DNA of 63,511 nucleotides, counting the filler, from Hyphochytrium catenoides (taxonomy: Eukaryota > Protista > Hyphochytriomycota): the NCBI GenBank assembly GCA_900088475.1. It is 11 parts of 11 records of this genome, joined end to end, with 100 filler letters (N's around TTAATTAATTAA, not from the genome) between each part and the next. Parts side by side here need not be neighbours in the genome. Positions count along the whole stretch, not along the records: positions 1 to 7,875 come from FLMG01004139.1; positions 7,976 to 17,749 come from FLMG01003281.1; 9 more parts are not named here. The stretch is one strand, 5' to 3'. Shown here piece after piece: positions 1 through 11,077 of the stretch. The notes beneath the pieces were generated by a model. The model ran no database searches and was not told the DNA's origin. It saw nothing but the letters and a program-made list of their open reading frames with translations. How positions within the stretch are numbered: position 1 is the stretch's first letter; each line of letters begins with the position of its first letter. The translations under genes and the position numbers were made by a program.

Positions 1-18
1 TCTCTCTCTCTCTCTCAG

Positions 19-1101
19 CTCTTCATAAGCGCCAAGCAGAAGCAGCGGCTTACTCTCCGCCTCCTCCGTCCCCTAAACCAAAGTTACGACAACTAGGGAG
101 AGACTTTAGCTCTCTCTCTCCTGACGTTCTGCACAACAAAGAGAGAGAGGGAGAGAAAAGAGAGAGAAAGAGAGAGAGAAAGAGGACCAACGAAAGAGAG
201 AGAGGAGTGAACGAGCAGGAAGCAGAAAACGAGAAGAGATACGAAGAGGAGAGTAGGAAAAACGAAGAGAGAGAGATTTTGAGGAAAGAGAAGGAGGCTT
301 GTCTTGGGGAGAGAGAAAAGAAAGAGAGAGAGAGACTGCACTCTTTCCTTGTCTCTCATCATTGTGAAGCTTGGGAAGGCCAGCTATTGGCTGGAGGCTA
401 TGATAATATTAGCGCTCTGGTAGAAGTGGGGAGAGAAGAAACAAAGAGAGAGAAAGAGAGAGAAAAAGATGATGGAATGCGCAAAATAGAGAGAGACAGA
501 AAGAGGAAAGAAGGAGAGAAAGAAAAGGAAACTGAGGGAAGAGGAGAGAGAATGCTAGAAAGCTTAGGAATCCCTCCCTTGGGAAGACAAAGGATCCTGA
601 AAGCCGTAAGAGCGAGAGAAGACGAGGATGAAGAGAGAGAGAAAGAGAAAGAGAAAAAAAAGGAGGGCGAGATTGAGACGAAGTCGGAAGAGGCAGAAAA
701 AGAGAGAAATGTGGCTCTTGTCTCTCTCTCTCACCGTGAAGATGGGAAAGAAGGGAGCACATCTCCTTCTTCTCTCGCTTTCCTTCTGAACTTTCCCGAT
801 ATTTTGACAGAAGAGACCACAGAGTTGGTGAAGCTGTCTCTCTCTCTGGAAAAACTTGTCAACGAACAGCCTTCACTGTCTCCCTCTCTCTCTCCTGTCT
901 TCTCTCTCTCCTCTCTCTCTCTTCTTGACAAGACTTCTACTCTGTCTTTGGAGGAGAAGGTGGAGACTGTCCGGACGCTTCTCTTTCCTCGAAAAGAGAG
1001 AAAGGGCGAGAAAGAAGAGAGAGAAGAAGAAGAAGTGGATATGGAAAGCCTCTCTCAGATGTTGGTGGACCTTCCGGTGCAGGAGATTGACAGCCTACTA
1101 G
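19..1101 (+). CDS. Internal exon of a SAM-domain-like, Glu/Lys/Arg-rich protein (partial; possibly the same gene as 1839-5228)
   Basis: Polypyrimidine/CAG acceptor ends at 18; frame is open from 21 through ORF 207..1196; AG|GTAGGT donor at 1102. 'LHSFLVSHHCEAWEGQLLAGGYDNISAL...MLESLGIPPLGRQRILKAV' resembles a sterile-alpha motif split by a charged insert. Confidence 0.55.
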
Positions 1102-1113
1102 GTAGGTCTTTGA

Positions 1114-1162
<49 letters not shown>

Positions 1163-1838
1163 GGAGAAATTAGAAGAGAGAAAGGGGAGAAATTAGAAGA
1201 GAGAGAAGGACACAAACATAGAGAGAAAGAGACAGAGAGAGAGACAGCGTGAAGGAGAGAGAGAAGGTGAGAGCGGGAGCTGTTGCAATCGGACCGAGAG
1301 GAGAGGAGGAACCATAGAGGAAAGCCAGGACCCAGAGAGAGAAAGGGAGGTAGCAAGGAGTGAAAGAGATACATCGAGAAGCGGATGACATACGTGAAGA
1401 GAGAAGGAAGAAGAGAGAGAGAGAGACAGAAGAGAGAGCGAAATGGGGGCGGGGAGAGGCTCATAACTTCTCTCCCTCTCCTCTCTTTCTCCCTCTCCTC
1501 TCTTTCTCTCGTTTCTCTCACTCTCTGTCTTTCTCTCTTTTACATCCGTCTCCTCGTTTTTCTTGTCTATTCATCTGTCTTCCCATACTCTTTCGGTCTT
1601 CTCTTTTTTCCTGGATTCTCTCTCTCCTTTTCATCGCATCCTTTCAATCTCCCCTCCGTTGGTTTCTGACTCTCACGCTCTCTCTTTCTCTTTCGCTCNN
1701 NNNNNNNNNNNNNNNNNNNNNNNNNNNNNNNNNNNNNNNNNNNNNNNNNNNNNNNNNNNNNNNNNNNNNNNNNNNNNNNNNNNNNNNNNNNNNNNNNNNN
1801 NNNNNNNNNNNNNNNNNNNNNNNNNNNNNNNNNNNNNG

Positions 1839-1946
1839 GACGTTTGTCTTTTCTCTCTTCCCTGGCGCCCTTGGCCAGCGCTGAAGCTATAGAGAGAAGC
1901 TTCAAAGCCGCCAGCGCCACAGGAAACGTCAAAGCCCTAGAGGTAA

Positions 1947-1989
<43 letters not shown>

Positions 1990-4303
1990 TCTCTCTCTTC
2001 TCATTCTTTCTTGCGTCGCATTCTCTCTTATTCTCTCTCTCTGTCTCTGTCTCTCCTGTGTCACCTCTTGCGCGCGTTCTGCTTCTTACTCTCTCTGCTT
2101 GTTCTCGTTCGATCTTTTTGTCTTTTACACTCTCTGTCGCGCTCTTTCTCTCTCTTTCTTCCGCTCGCTGTCTCTCCGTATCTCTGAATTATCTTTCTTC
2201 GTCATCTTCTGTCTCTTTCTCACGTTGCCTGTCGCACCCTATCGCCTGCTTGCTTTCTCACTCTTTGTCCCCTCTTTCCCAATCTCTTTCTCTCTCTCCT
2301 TCTCTCTGTCTCTGTCTCTCTGTCTCTCTGTCTCTGTTTCTCTCTCTCACTCTTTCTCTCCATTTCTGTCTCTCTCTCTCTCTCTTCCCACAGTCGCTCC
2401 TCCCTAAGAGCTCTGCAGAGGCTGTCGGACTTGGACTGGTGGCAGCAGCAGTGAAAGGACAAAGAGACGCTCTCTCCTTCCTTCTTCCCCATACTAGCAC
2501 AGAGGTCTGCTTGCCATCTCCATTTCTCTCTCTCTCTCTCTCTCTCTCCTTCTCTCTCTCTCTCTCTTACTCTCTCTCTCTCTCTCTTTCTCAAGCTTTC
2601 CATCTCCCTCTTTTCTTTGCCATCTCATTACCTCTCCGTCTCCTCCTTCACTTGCCTTTCCAGGTCACGCTTTATTTCAGTCTCTCTTCCCCAATTTTTG
2701 TGATACTTTCCTTTCTTCTCTCCTTCCTCTCTCGGTAACAATGTCTCTCTCTCTCTCTCTCTTTCGCTATTATTCCTCTTTCTTCGCGGTTTCTCTTTTG
2801 CGCTTTCGGTAGCAGTCTCTCTCTTTCTCTCTCTCTGTTAACTTGCTTGGCTATCTCACAATCTCTCTCTCTCTCTCTGAGTCTTTTTTTAAATCTGTTC
2901 GCTTATTCTGTTTTGCATAGCTCTTCAGGTGCTCCCTGCTTCTAGTCCCTCTTTTGGCTCCGCTCACGTCTCTTTTTCTCTTTCTCTCTCTTTCTCTTTC
3001 TCTCTTTCTCTTTTTCTCTTTCTCTCTTTCTCTCTTTCTCTCTTTTTCTCTTTCTCTCTTTCTCCCTTTCTCTCCTTCTCTCCTTCTCTCCTTCTCTCCT
3101 TCTCTCCTTCTCTCCTTCTCTCTTTCTCTCTGTCTGTCTCTCTGTCTGTCTCTCTGTCCGTCTCTCTCTCTCNNNNNNNNNNNNNNNNNNNNNNNNNNNN
3201 NNNNNNNNNNNNNNNNNNNNNNNNNNNNNNNGTCTCAGATCTTCTTCCCAAGACGAGCGCAAGAGGGAGAGAGAAGCTTCAGATGATTGCGAGAGAGAGA
3301 GGAGATGTGTCTCTCTCTTCTCTCCTGAGATTAAATGAGAAAGAGGAAGAGAACAAGAGCGATACTCTTAGGGAAGAAGAGAGGAAGGAGGGTGATGAAG
3401 AGAGAGAAAAGAAGCCCAAAGAAGCAGAGGAACTTGTTTTCGAGAGAGAAACTCCAAGAGGCGCGCCACAAGCATTTGGTGCTCTGTCTTCTTCTCTTTC
3501 TCTTTCTGAGGAGATACGCGAGCGAAGCCGAAGAGTTATAGAAGAGACAGCGGAAGAGTATCTTTATCTCCACTCTATAAGAGAGAGAGAGACAGAGCTT
3601 TCTTTCCTCTCTCTCTCTTTCCTTCTTCGGAAGCTGAGGCAGTTCCATGGCGTTCGCTTTGACGATGGAGTGTTTGTAGACCTCACGGCACAATCAGAAA
3701 TGGTAAGAGGAGAGANNNNNNNNNNNNNNNNNNNNNNNNNNNNNNNNNNNNNNNNNNNNNNNNNNNNNNNNNNNNNNNNNNNNNNNNNNNAGAGAGAGAG
3801 AGAGAAGGAGAGACAGACAGAGAGACAGCTCTGACTGTGTGTGGCAGACGAGGGAAACAGTAGAGAAAGAGAGGAAGAGAGAGAGAGATAAGAAAAGAGA
3901 GAGACCTCTTACTATCCCATCGGACGTTGTTATCTTGTATTGAGAAGATGTCTTTCTCCCGCTTCCTCGCTGTCTTTGTCTCACAATCCCCCGTTCTCTC
4001 ACTATTTTCTGTCTCTCTTTCATCTTTCTCTCTCTCTCTCTCTTCGACTTAGGTCTGCTTCTCAGTCTGCCTTTTGGCACCATTCCGAAAGGCGGTTGGT
4101 TACTTTTCTGAGGAAGGGGCGCTAGTCAAGGCGAATCAAGCTTACCAGAGGTGACTCTCTCTCTTTCTCTTCTCTCTCTCTTTGTCTGTCTTCTTGCCTC
4201 CTCTCCCTCTTCGGCCCCTCTTCTCTCTTGCCCTTTCTCGGCCTCTACTGGTCTTAGGCAAAAGATTCCTCTTTTGTACGTTATCTCCTCTTATCCCTTC
4301 TCT

Positions 4304-4354
<51 letters not shown>

Positions 4355-5228
4355 AGTGTGTGTCTCTGTGTGTCTCTCTCACACTCTTTATTTCTCTCTC
4401 CTCTGTTTTTTCTATCCGTTGCTTTCCTTCTTTCGCGGTCGTCTCCAGATACCGTCGCGCCCTGCGACATCCAGAGGCTTCAGGACTGAAGGTGTCTCCA
4501 TCCAAGCTTGACCAGGAGGTATCTCTCTTTCTCCTTTTCTCTCTTTCTCTTCCTCATTTTCTCTCTGTTTCCCTCTGTGCTCTCTCTTCGCGAATACCCA
4601 ATACCCTCTCATTTCCTCTTCTACTTGCTTTTCTATTCACTCTTTCTCATCCTCCCTGAATTTCCTCTTTCTCTCTTTCTCTTTCTCGCCATGTTGCTCT
4701 TTCTCTCTCTTCATCCGATTCTATTTCAGTTTAGCTTTGTCTTCCTTTCCTATTCGATCACTGTGTGAGTAACAATCTCTCCCTGCCTCATTTTCCTATA
4801 TCTCTCTTACTTTCTCTTGGCTTCTCTCTCATGAAACCGCACTCATGAACCGCGTCTTCTTCTCCTTTTCTCTTTTTCGGTAGATTGTCTTTCACTATCA
4901 CAATGCGAAGAGAAAAGGAAGAGAAGAAAAGAGAGGAGAGAGAAAGAGAGAGAGAAAGTGGCCATCAGACGCCTCTTTTCTCTTCTTCAACACTCAGAAC
5001 CAGAAGGAGAGAGAGGAAGAACTTCTGGAAGAAGAGTTCGCCTATTCTCTCTCTCTTTGTGATAGAGGGATACTCTTCCTGGTAATTGTGAACGCGGGAG
5101 AGAGAGACTTTATTTCTTCTTTTCTCTCTCTTCCTGCTCTCAATGATGAATGGACTCTTTTAGAAAAGGAAACGAAGATCATGGCTTGGGGCGATGCCTG
5201 CCTGTACACCCTCAAAAAAATAGTCTAG
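1839..5228 (+). CDS. Multi-exon protein: ankyrin-like repeats plus C-terminal degenerate DOT1-like class I methyltransferase fold (5' partial, contains gaps)
   Basis: Exons ~1839-1942, 2394-2504, (gap) 3232-3702, 4053-4150, 4449-4518, 4884-5228 (TAG), with GT-AG ends and compatible phases where both ends are visible. Ankyrin-like 'AASATGNVKALESLL' and 'AAAVKGQRDALSFLL'. Then 'GVFVDLTAQSEMVCFSVCLLAPFRKAVGY...WPSDASFLFFN...MAWGDACLYTLKK'. Confidence 0.6.
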
Positions 5229-5421
5229 AGCAGAAACTTGAGAGAGAGAGAGACAGACAGAGAGTGTGAGAGAGATAGACACAGAGAGAGAGAGAGAGAA
5301 AGAGGAAAAGAAGTTTAGAGACTATCGTAAGCTCTATCTTTCTGGCCTTGGACTGATTGATGTATATAAACATATCTTTTTCCTTCTTCCTAATAATCCT
5401 TCGCTCTGTCGCTCTCTCTCC

Positions 5422-5475
<54 letters not shown>

Positions 5476-5543
5476 CTCTTCCTCCTGCAATCATATACAC
5501 AGCTATAATAATAGTCTAATCCTTCTCTTCTTCCTGCTATCTC

Positions 5544-6506
5544 TCAATGATCCTCAGCGGTCTTTGCTTTCATTTTGTGAATAAAGTCAAGAAACGCGGT
5601 ATCCACTCTGTCTGGCACCTGAACGCTCATCGCCGCGAAGAGATCCTGGTCCAATTCACTTACTCTGGCTGGCACTTGCTCTCTTATCTCTTGAGGGAGA
5701 GAATCAACCATATTTTTGAGCTTTTTGAAGTCTTTGATCCACGTTCTAAGGGCAGCTTTCTTGTCCAGAGTCTTCTCTAGAAGCTGCGACGTTGCTTTCT
5801 CTTCTCGAAAGTTGTCGAGGAATATCTTGAAGAGCTGTTGATCCTCCCTCGTGCCTTTATCTTCCACTTTGTCTCGCAGAGCTTTCTCCTTTCTGGCGTA
5901 GAAGTCAACAATGAACCTTGCTATTTCCTGGCTCTCTCTCCCCTCTTCTCTTCCTCCTGCGGATGGTCCTGCCTTCTTCTCTCTTTCTAGGGCTTCCTTA
6001 TAAAGCCTAAGAAGGTAAGCCCTTTCCATTTCTTGGGGAGAGAGATGACCAGCCTTTGGTGGTTTTCTCTCTTTTCCTGGCGTAGCATGGCTTTCTCTCC
6101 TCCCAACTCCTTGCTTCTTCTTTACGGCCAGCTCTTTTGCTCCCAAAAATTCTCCTACTCCGCTTCCTCTTTTTTTAGACGCCAAGGAAAAACCCATTGT
6201 TAGCATGAGTTCTCTTCTTTTCTCTTTTCTCTCTCCTCTTCTTAGAGAAGAAGATACAGGGGAAGAAGAGAAAGAGAATGAAGGAAGAGCTCTTTTGCCT
6301 GCTCCCACTACAGCTGGTGCTGGAGTGAAGAGAGAAGAAGAGAGAAGCTTCGTCTGACTGACTCTCTCTTCGTTGTTGACTTCGTTCGCGATAGAGAGTA
6401 CAGAGTGGGAACAAAAGAGAAGAAAGAGTAGGAAAGAGAGAAAGAGACGAGTCTTCTTCTCCCTGTACCAGAGGCAGCAGTAGGGGCCTATAGTTGGCGT
6501 TGTCAT
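5544..6506 (-). CDS. Intronless orphan protein with N-terminal signal-peptide-like segment and helical charged C-terminus (320 aa)
   Basis: Long ATG-initiated ORF in non-repetitive sequence; hydrophobic stretch LFLSFLLFLLFCSHSVLS; no family recognised. Confidence 0.65.
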   Translation of the reverse strand: MTTPTIGPYCCLWYREKKTRLFLSFLLFLLFCSHSVLSIANEVNNEERVSQTKLLSSSLFTPAPAVVGAGKRALPSFSFSSSPVSSSLRRGERKEKRRELMLTMGFSLASKKRGSGVGEFLGAKELAVKKKQGVGRRESHATPGKERKPPKAGHLSPQEMERAYLLRLYKEALEREKKAGPSAGGREEGRESQEIARFIVDFYARKEKALRDKVEDKGTREDQQLFKIFLDNFREEKATSQLLEKTLDKKAALRTWIKDFKKLKNMVDSLPQEIREQVPARVSELDQDLFAAMSVQVPDRVDTAFLDFIHKMKAKTAEDH

Positions 6507-7875
6507 CCTGTGTGATAGGAACAGAGAGAGCGAGCCAAGAGTGATAGCTTATGACTTTTTCTACTCTTTCCTCTCTCTCTCTCTCTCGTCTCGCCTTCCT
6601 CAATTTCCTCTTTGTTGACGAAGCAGAGAAAGTTCACTTATGAGAAAAGTTCCTTCTAGGTGATGATACGGTCGCCGGCAGATGTATTCGTCTATTTCTC
6701 TCTCTTCTCTTCTTCTCTCTCTCTCTCTCTCTTTCTCTCTGTCTCTCTCTCTCACCCACACACTCTCTCATTCACTTCCTCTTACTCTCTCTCTCCTCGT
6801 CCTCTCGTCCTTGTGTTGAATCAAGCTGCCACACAAGCAAAAGCAACAGAACAGGATAAATGAAAGTAGGAGAGATAGAGGAGAGAGATGCAGAAACAAA
6901 AGAGAATGAGAGGCGAGAGAGAGACGAGAGAGAGCGAGAGAGACAGAACAGACGGTAAGAGAGAGAAGAGAAAGGCGGCGGCGTGTTGGGCGGACGAGGA
7001 GAAGAAAATCATCCGAGAACTAGCAAAAGAGAGAACCCCTAAAATATGTTTAGAGAGTCGGTAGAAGAGGATGACGTGCGGTAACATGAGGAGGATAAGA
7101 GAGAAGAAAGAAGAAACGATAGAAGTAAGCAGGGGTTGCAGGAGGAGCAGAAGAAGAGAGGAAGAGAGACAGAGAAAAGGAGAGAGACAGAAGAGAGATA
7201 ATGAAGAAAGAGAGAAGAAGAGCGAAAGTGGAGGAGAGACAGTGAGAGAGGGAGGGAAAGAGAGTCGACAAGAGAAGGAGTTGAACCAAGAAAGACGGTT
7301 GTGAAGTAAATTGAAACAGCCTTGTCCAGCAACGCTATAGAGCACCGTTTATTAACAACTGCGGTCAGGAAGAGAGAGAAGGAAAGCGAAGAGTTAGGGA
7401 GAGAGAGAGAGAGAGTGAGAGAAGAGAAAGAGAGAAAGGGAGAGAAAGGGAGAAGAGAGAGAGGGAGGGGAAGAGAGAGTGAGAGAGAGAGAAGAGAAAA
7501 GAAGGTGAAGGAAGATAGGAAAGATAGAAGGGAAAGAGAATCATGAAAAAAGGGAGGAAGAAGACGGTCCTGCATGAGACTGTAGATGGGTCTGCGCCGG
7601 CCGAAGGAGGGAGTCAGTCAAGAGGAGGGATAAAGGTTTAAGATGTAGAAGAGGAAAGAGAGATAGACGAGGGAGTGACATGGGAGAAAGGAATAGGAGA
7701 GAGAGCGAGAGACAGAAGAAAAGAAAAAGAGAGGCAAAGAAAGAACAATGAATAAGAGGGAGAGGAGAGACAAGTTATAAGAGAGCCAGACGACGGCGAC
7801 AGAGTTGAAAGAGTGTGAATGTAGGGGATACAGAAACAAAAGAGAAGAAAGAGAGAGAGAGAGAGAAAAAGAGAG

Positions 7876-7975
7876 NNNNNNNNNNNNNNNNNNNNNNNNN
7901 NNNNNNNNNNNNNNNNNNNTTAATTAATTAANNNNNNNNNNNNNNNNNNNNNNNNNNNNNNNNNNNNNNNNNNNN
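7876..7975. other. Artificial scaffold linker N44-TTAATTAATTAA-N44; identical linkers at 17750-17849, 34865-34964, 43811-43910, 47516-47615, 52177-52276, 54266-54365, 55656-55755, 56977-57076 and 59885-59984
   Basis: Exactly 100 bp each, with a palindromic six-frame-stop 12-mer centred in Ns; seen directly. Confidence 0.97.
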
Positions 7976-8728
7976 TTATCTCTATGTCTTATTTTTCCAA
8001 CCTGTTCACGAAAGGAAACCATAATGCGAATTTCTTGCGCAATGCTTCTCACAGAAGGTCATCGTTAGCTCGTAAAGGATATAAATCCTCGCTTTCGTCC
8101 TTCCTTGATCGCCCTCAATATTTCTATCTAAGATGATTATGAAATTGAAGGCTTCCCTTTACCCTCCCCTTTCCCCCCTCGTCTCTTCACAGTTCGTACT
8201 ATGGCCATGGTAGATAGCCAATGGCATTGCACTATCGTCCTACCTCTCCCTTGCTGCTGAGCGGTGCACTCACCGAAGCCGACAACGGTGGAACGAGCCC
8301 TGGAACTGGATATCAAGAAATGGACATCAAGGAATCGGGCCGTCTTGGTCTCGGTACTCGCACCACAGACAAGAGCTGCTGAGAAAAGCTGCCCTAATAA
8401 ATGTTGCTACTGTTGGTCCAAGCAGCGTCACCCTGCCATCGACTTCTTGTTCTAGCAGCAGAATTGGGAAGCGTTATGAGTCTTCGTCAATTTGTCAGAG
8501 AGGCCCTTATTCACTTCACAGGATTGCGGCCGCCAACCAGCACCGCCACAAACTTTTGATCCACCTCCTCAATCAGCAGGCAAAGATAGACCTGTCATCC
8601 TGTAAGGAACACAGTGAGATCTATACCGGGGATAGGAGATGTAGGAGCAGTCCTTGCTGTCCTATCAAGTAGAACGCGACCATAGACGACGAGGGGGAGA
8701 GCCGTTCCAGTTGTTGGTATCATTGACG

Positions 8729-11077
8729 ATGCAAAAGTCTTTCTTTACTGCTGAACTGCTCCTTTTTGTCCTCCTTACCACATCATGGGTATCCAAGGAA
8801 TCAACATACGCGTTGAAGCTTTCTCCCACTGTCTGCTCTAGCGGCAGCTGCGTGAAGAGCAGTGGATGCACGAATTTCATAACGTTGACCTCCGTGGGGT
8901 GCCATCGGGGCCCGATGTGCCTCAAGGGCTTCGGTGAAGGTAATACTTGTTATGAGCGAAGCGTGGTTTGTGACGACCAGCCGCAAGGTGAGGGAATAAC
9001 CACCACAGCCATTTGCGCCAACAGTAATGAGACGCAGAACTTCCAGGTGGAAGTGGTGGACTCTGCCATTCCCGCTGGTGTCACACGGCTGTAAGTGACA
9101 AGTGAAAGGCAGAAGAATCCTTCTTTGGTTCTCTTGCCTCTTTCACCTTTCTATATAGCTGCTTTCTTTCCAAAAACAGCACCTTTCACACGGTGGTATG
9201 CAGGACAGAAGTAGGTTTCGCATCTCTGTGGCTGGGCTCCCGCTCATCAGGCTGCCAGCGGCCGTTGGTCCCCTAGCCGAATCTATTTATGCAAACATGT
9301 CCTTCTCTCTCTTTGACGGCTATCTCTCTCCATCAAATAACATGATCTACGTCTCTTTCCTTCCAATGCAGAGAGCTGATGACCAATCGGATTACCAGCT
9401 TTGAAGCCCAACTCCCCCCATCGCTGCTAGTTCTGTAGGTCACAATTCTTCTTTCGCAAATTGTTGTTATTTTCCTCGTCAGATGAGGGCCTCTACTCCC
9501 ATATTCAAGGTCTCTGAAGAGGAGTTGCTCTTCCGTGGTCTTATTATTTTCCCCTTCGCCAAGTGCTGTTTCTTATATTTCCAGTTTTTGTCAAGTTCCT
9601 CTCACCCTACTAACACGTTGGCGATTGGTTTTGGTCAGCAAACTGCGGTACAACGCACTGATGTCCTTCGACTTAGCGCTGCCTCAGTCCATGCAAGAAT
9701 TGTAAGCATTCTCTTATGGGCCCCACACCTCACCTATTCAGCTGGACTAATCTGATGTCCTTTCGTTGTCAATCAACTTCCATCAACCCTTCTCTCACTT
9801 CGTTCACCCACAAAGGCATTTAGATAACAATAGGCTCACCTCCTTTACCAGCGCGTTGCCGAATGGTCTCCAACTCTTGTACGCTAAGTATCTCACCATC
9901 AGCCTATTGCTACTGCTTTGTCTTCCATGAAGAGTAACGCGAAGTCTATTGCTACACTCACTGCTCTATCCTTCCTTGTGGCCAGTGACAGATTCACCTC
10001 TTTTTTTTCCCTCTCCCAATCAACATTCACCCACTGCTGCTTATTACTCTCTTGCTTCCTTCACCATCCAAACTCAAATAGGTCATTGTCACACAATTCG
10101 CTGTCAGGGGTCAACTTCACAATGTCTCCATCGCTCCAATACCTCTACTTGGACGGAAACTCGAAACTTTCTTGCCTGAGAGGTGACATTCCCCAGAAAC
10201 TTAATTTGTATGAGCTCTCAAACTTCTGCAACTTTCTCGTCGGCGAACTAAATCCTGATCCGTTTTTTCACCATAGGAACCTAAAGGCCACGGACTTCCC
10301 CTGCTTCCCTAAAGAAGCGCAACCTTACGAGACCATCGAGGCCAGCCAAAGACTTGCACTGACGATTCCTGGAAATGCCCTCCTCTACCAAAGGCTAAAG
10401 ATGAGAATGCGCACACCCCAGCTCCGTCAAACTCCCCGTCTTTACCTGAAGACACAGGTAGCACTAGGACTGGTGCCATAGCTGGTGGTGCTGCCGGCGG
10501 CTCCCTGGCGGTTGTTGCGGTTGTCGCATTATTGGTCGTCAGAAGGAGGAGAAGCCGATATCAGCAGCACAAGGAAGGTTCTCCTGTTCTTCATGGGGAT
10601 ACTAGTGGTACTGCGGGTGGTGGAGGAGATCATGAAGCCCCCTTTCACCTTGTCGGTAACAATGGGGAAGATGGTCCTCCTCCTGCTGTAGGTGTAATCG
10701 TAGTCGATGCCACAGACGTTTATATGGAGGGGGAACGAGCCGACCGCAATAGAGCAGGAGACATTCAACGTCGAGAGCAAGTGGCTTCGCATGCTGAGTA
10801 CTCCGGCAGATATCATGAAGGTCTGGTAACACTTCAGGATTTTCCAAGCTCTAGGCCACAGGTTTCTACTCCTGAAGCTTCACGAAGAGGACATAGCCGT
10901 AGTGATCAAGGCCCTACTGACACTAGTGCTTTGTCGCCTCCCTACATTCGTCTTGGCACCAAGGCGAACGGAGTTCTGCCTCCCAGCGGAGGAAACGTGA
11001 AGGAGAGCCATCCCTTGTTGGTGGAAGAGCATGGCCACCGAGATCCCAGTGACAGGGTTGTGGAGATTGGCTTATAG
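8729..11077 (+). CDS. LRR single-pass type I membrane (receptor-like) protein; carries at least one apparent frameshift (possible pseudogene or assembly error)
   Basis: Signal peptide MQKSFFTAELLLFVLLTTSWVS; Cys-rich N-cap; LRR exons 9372-9434, 9639-9701, 9816-9878 and 10082-10207; Pro/Ser stalk; TM 'GAIAGGAAGGSLAVVAVVALLVV' followed by the RRRRSR stop-transfer; disordered tail ending at TAG 11077. Confidence 0.75.

Noticed and set aside
7920-7931. Recurring palindrome TTAATTAATTAA as a biological repeat or CRISPR-like element
   Set aside because: It is always centred in exactly 88 Ns, so it is an artificial six-frame-stop contig linker.
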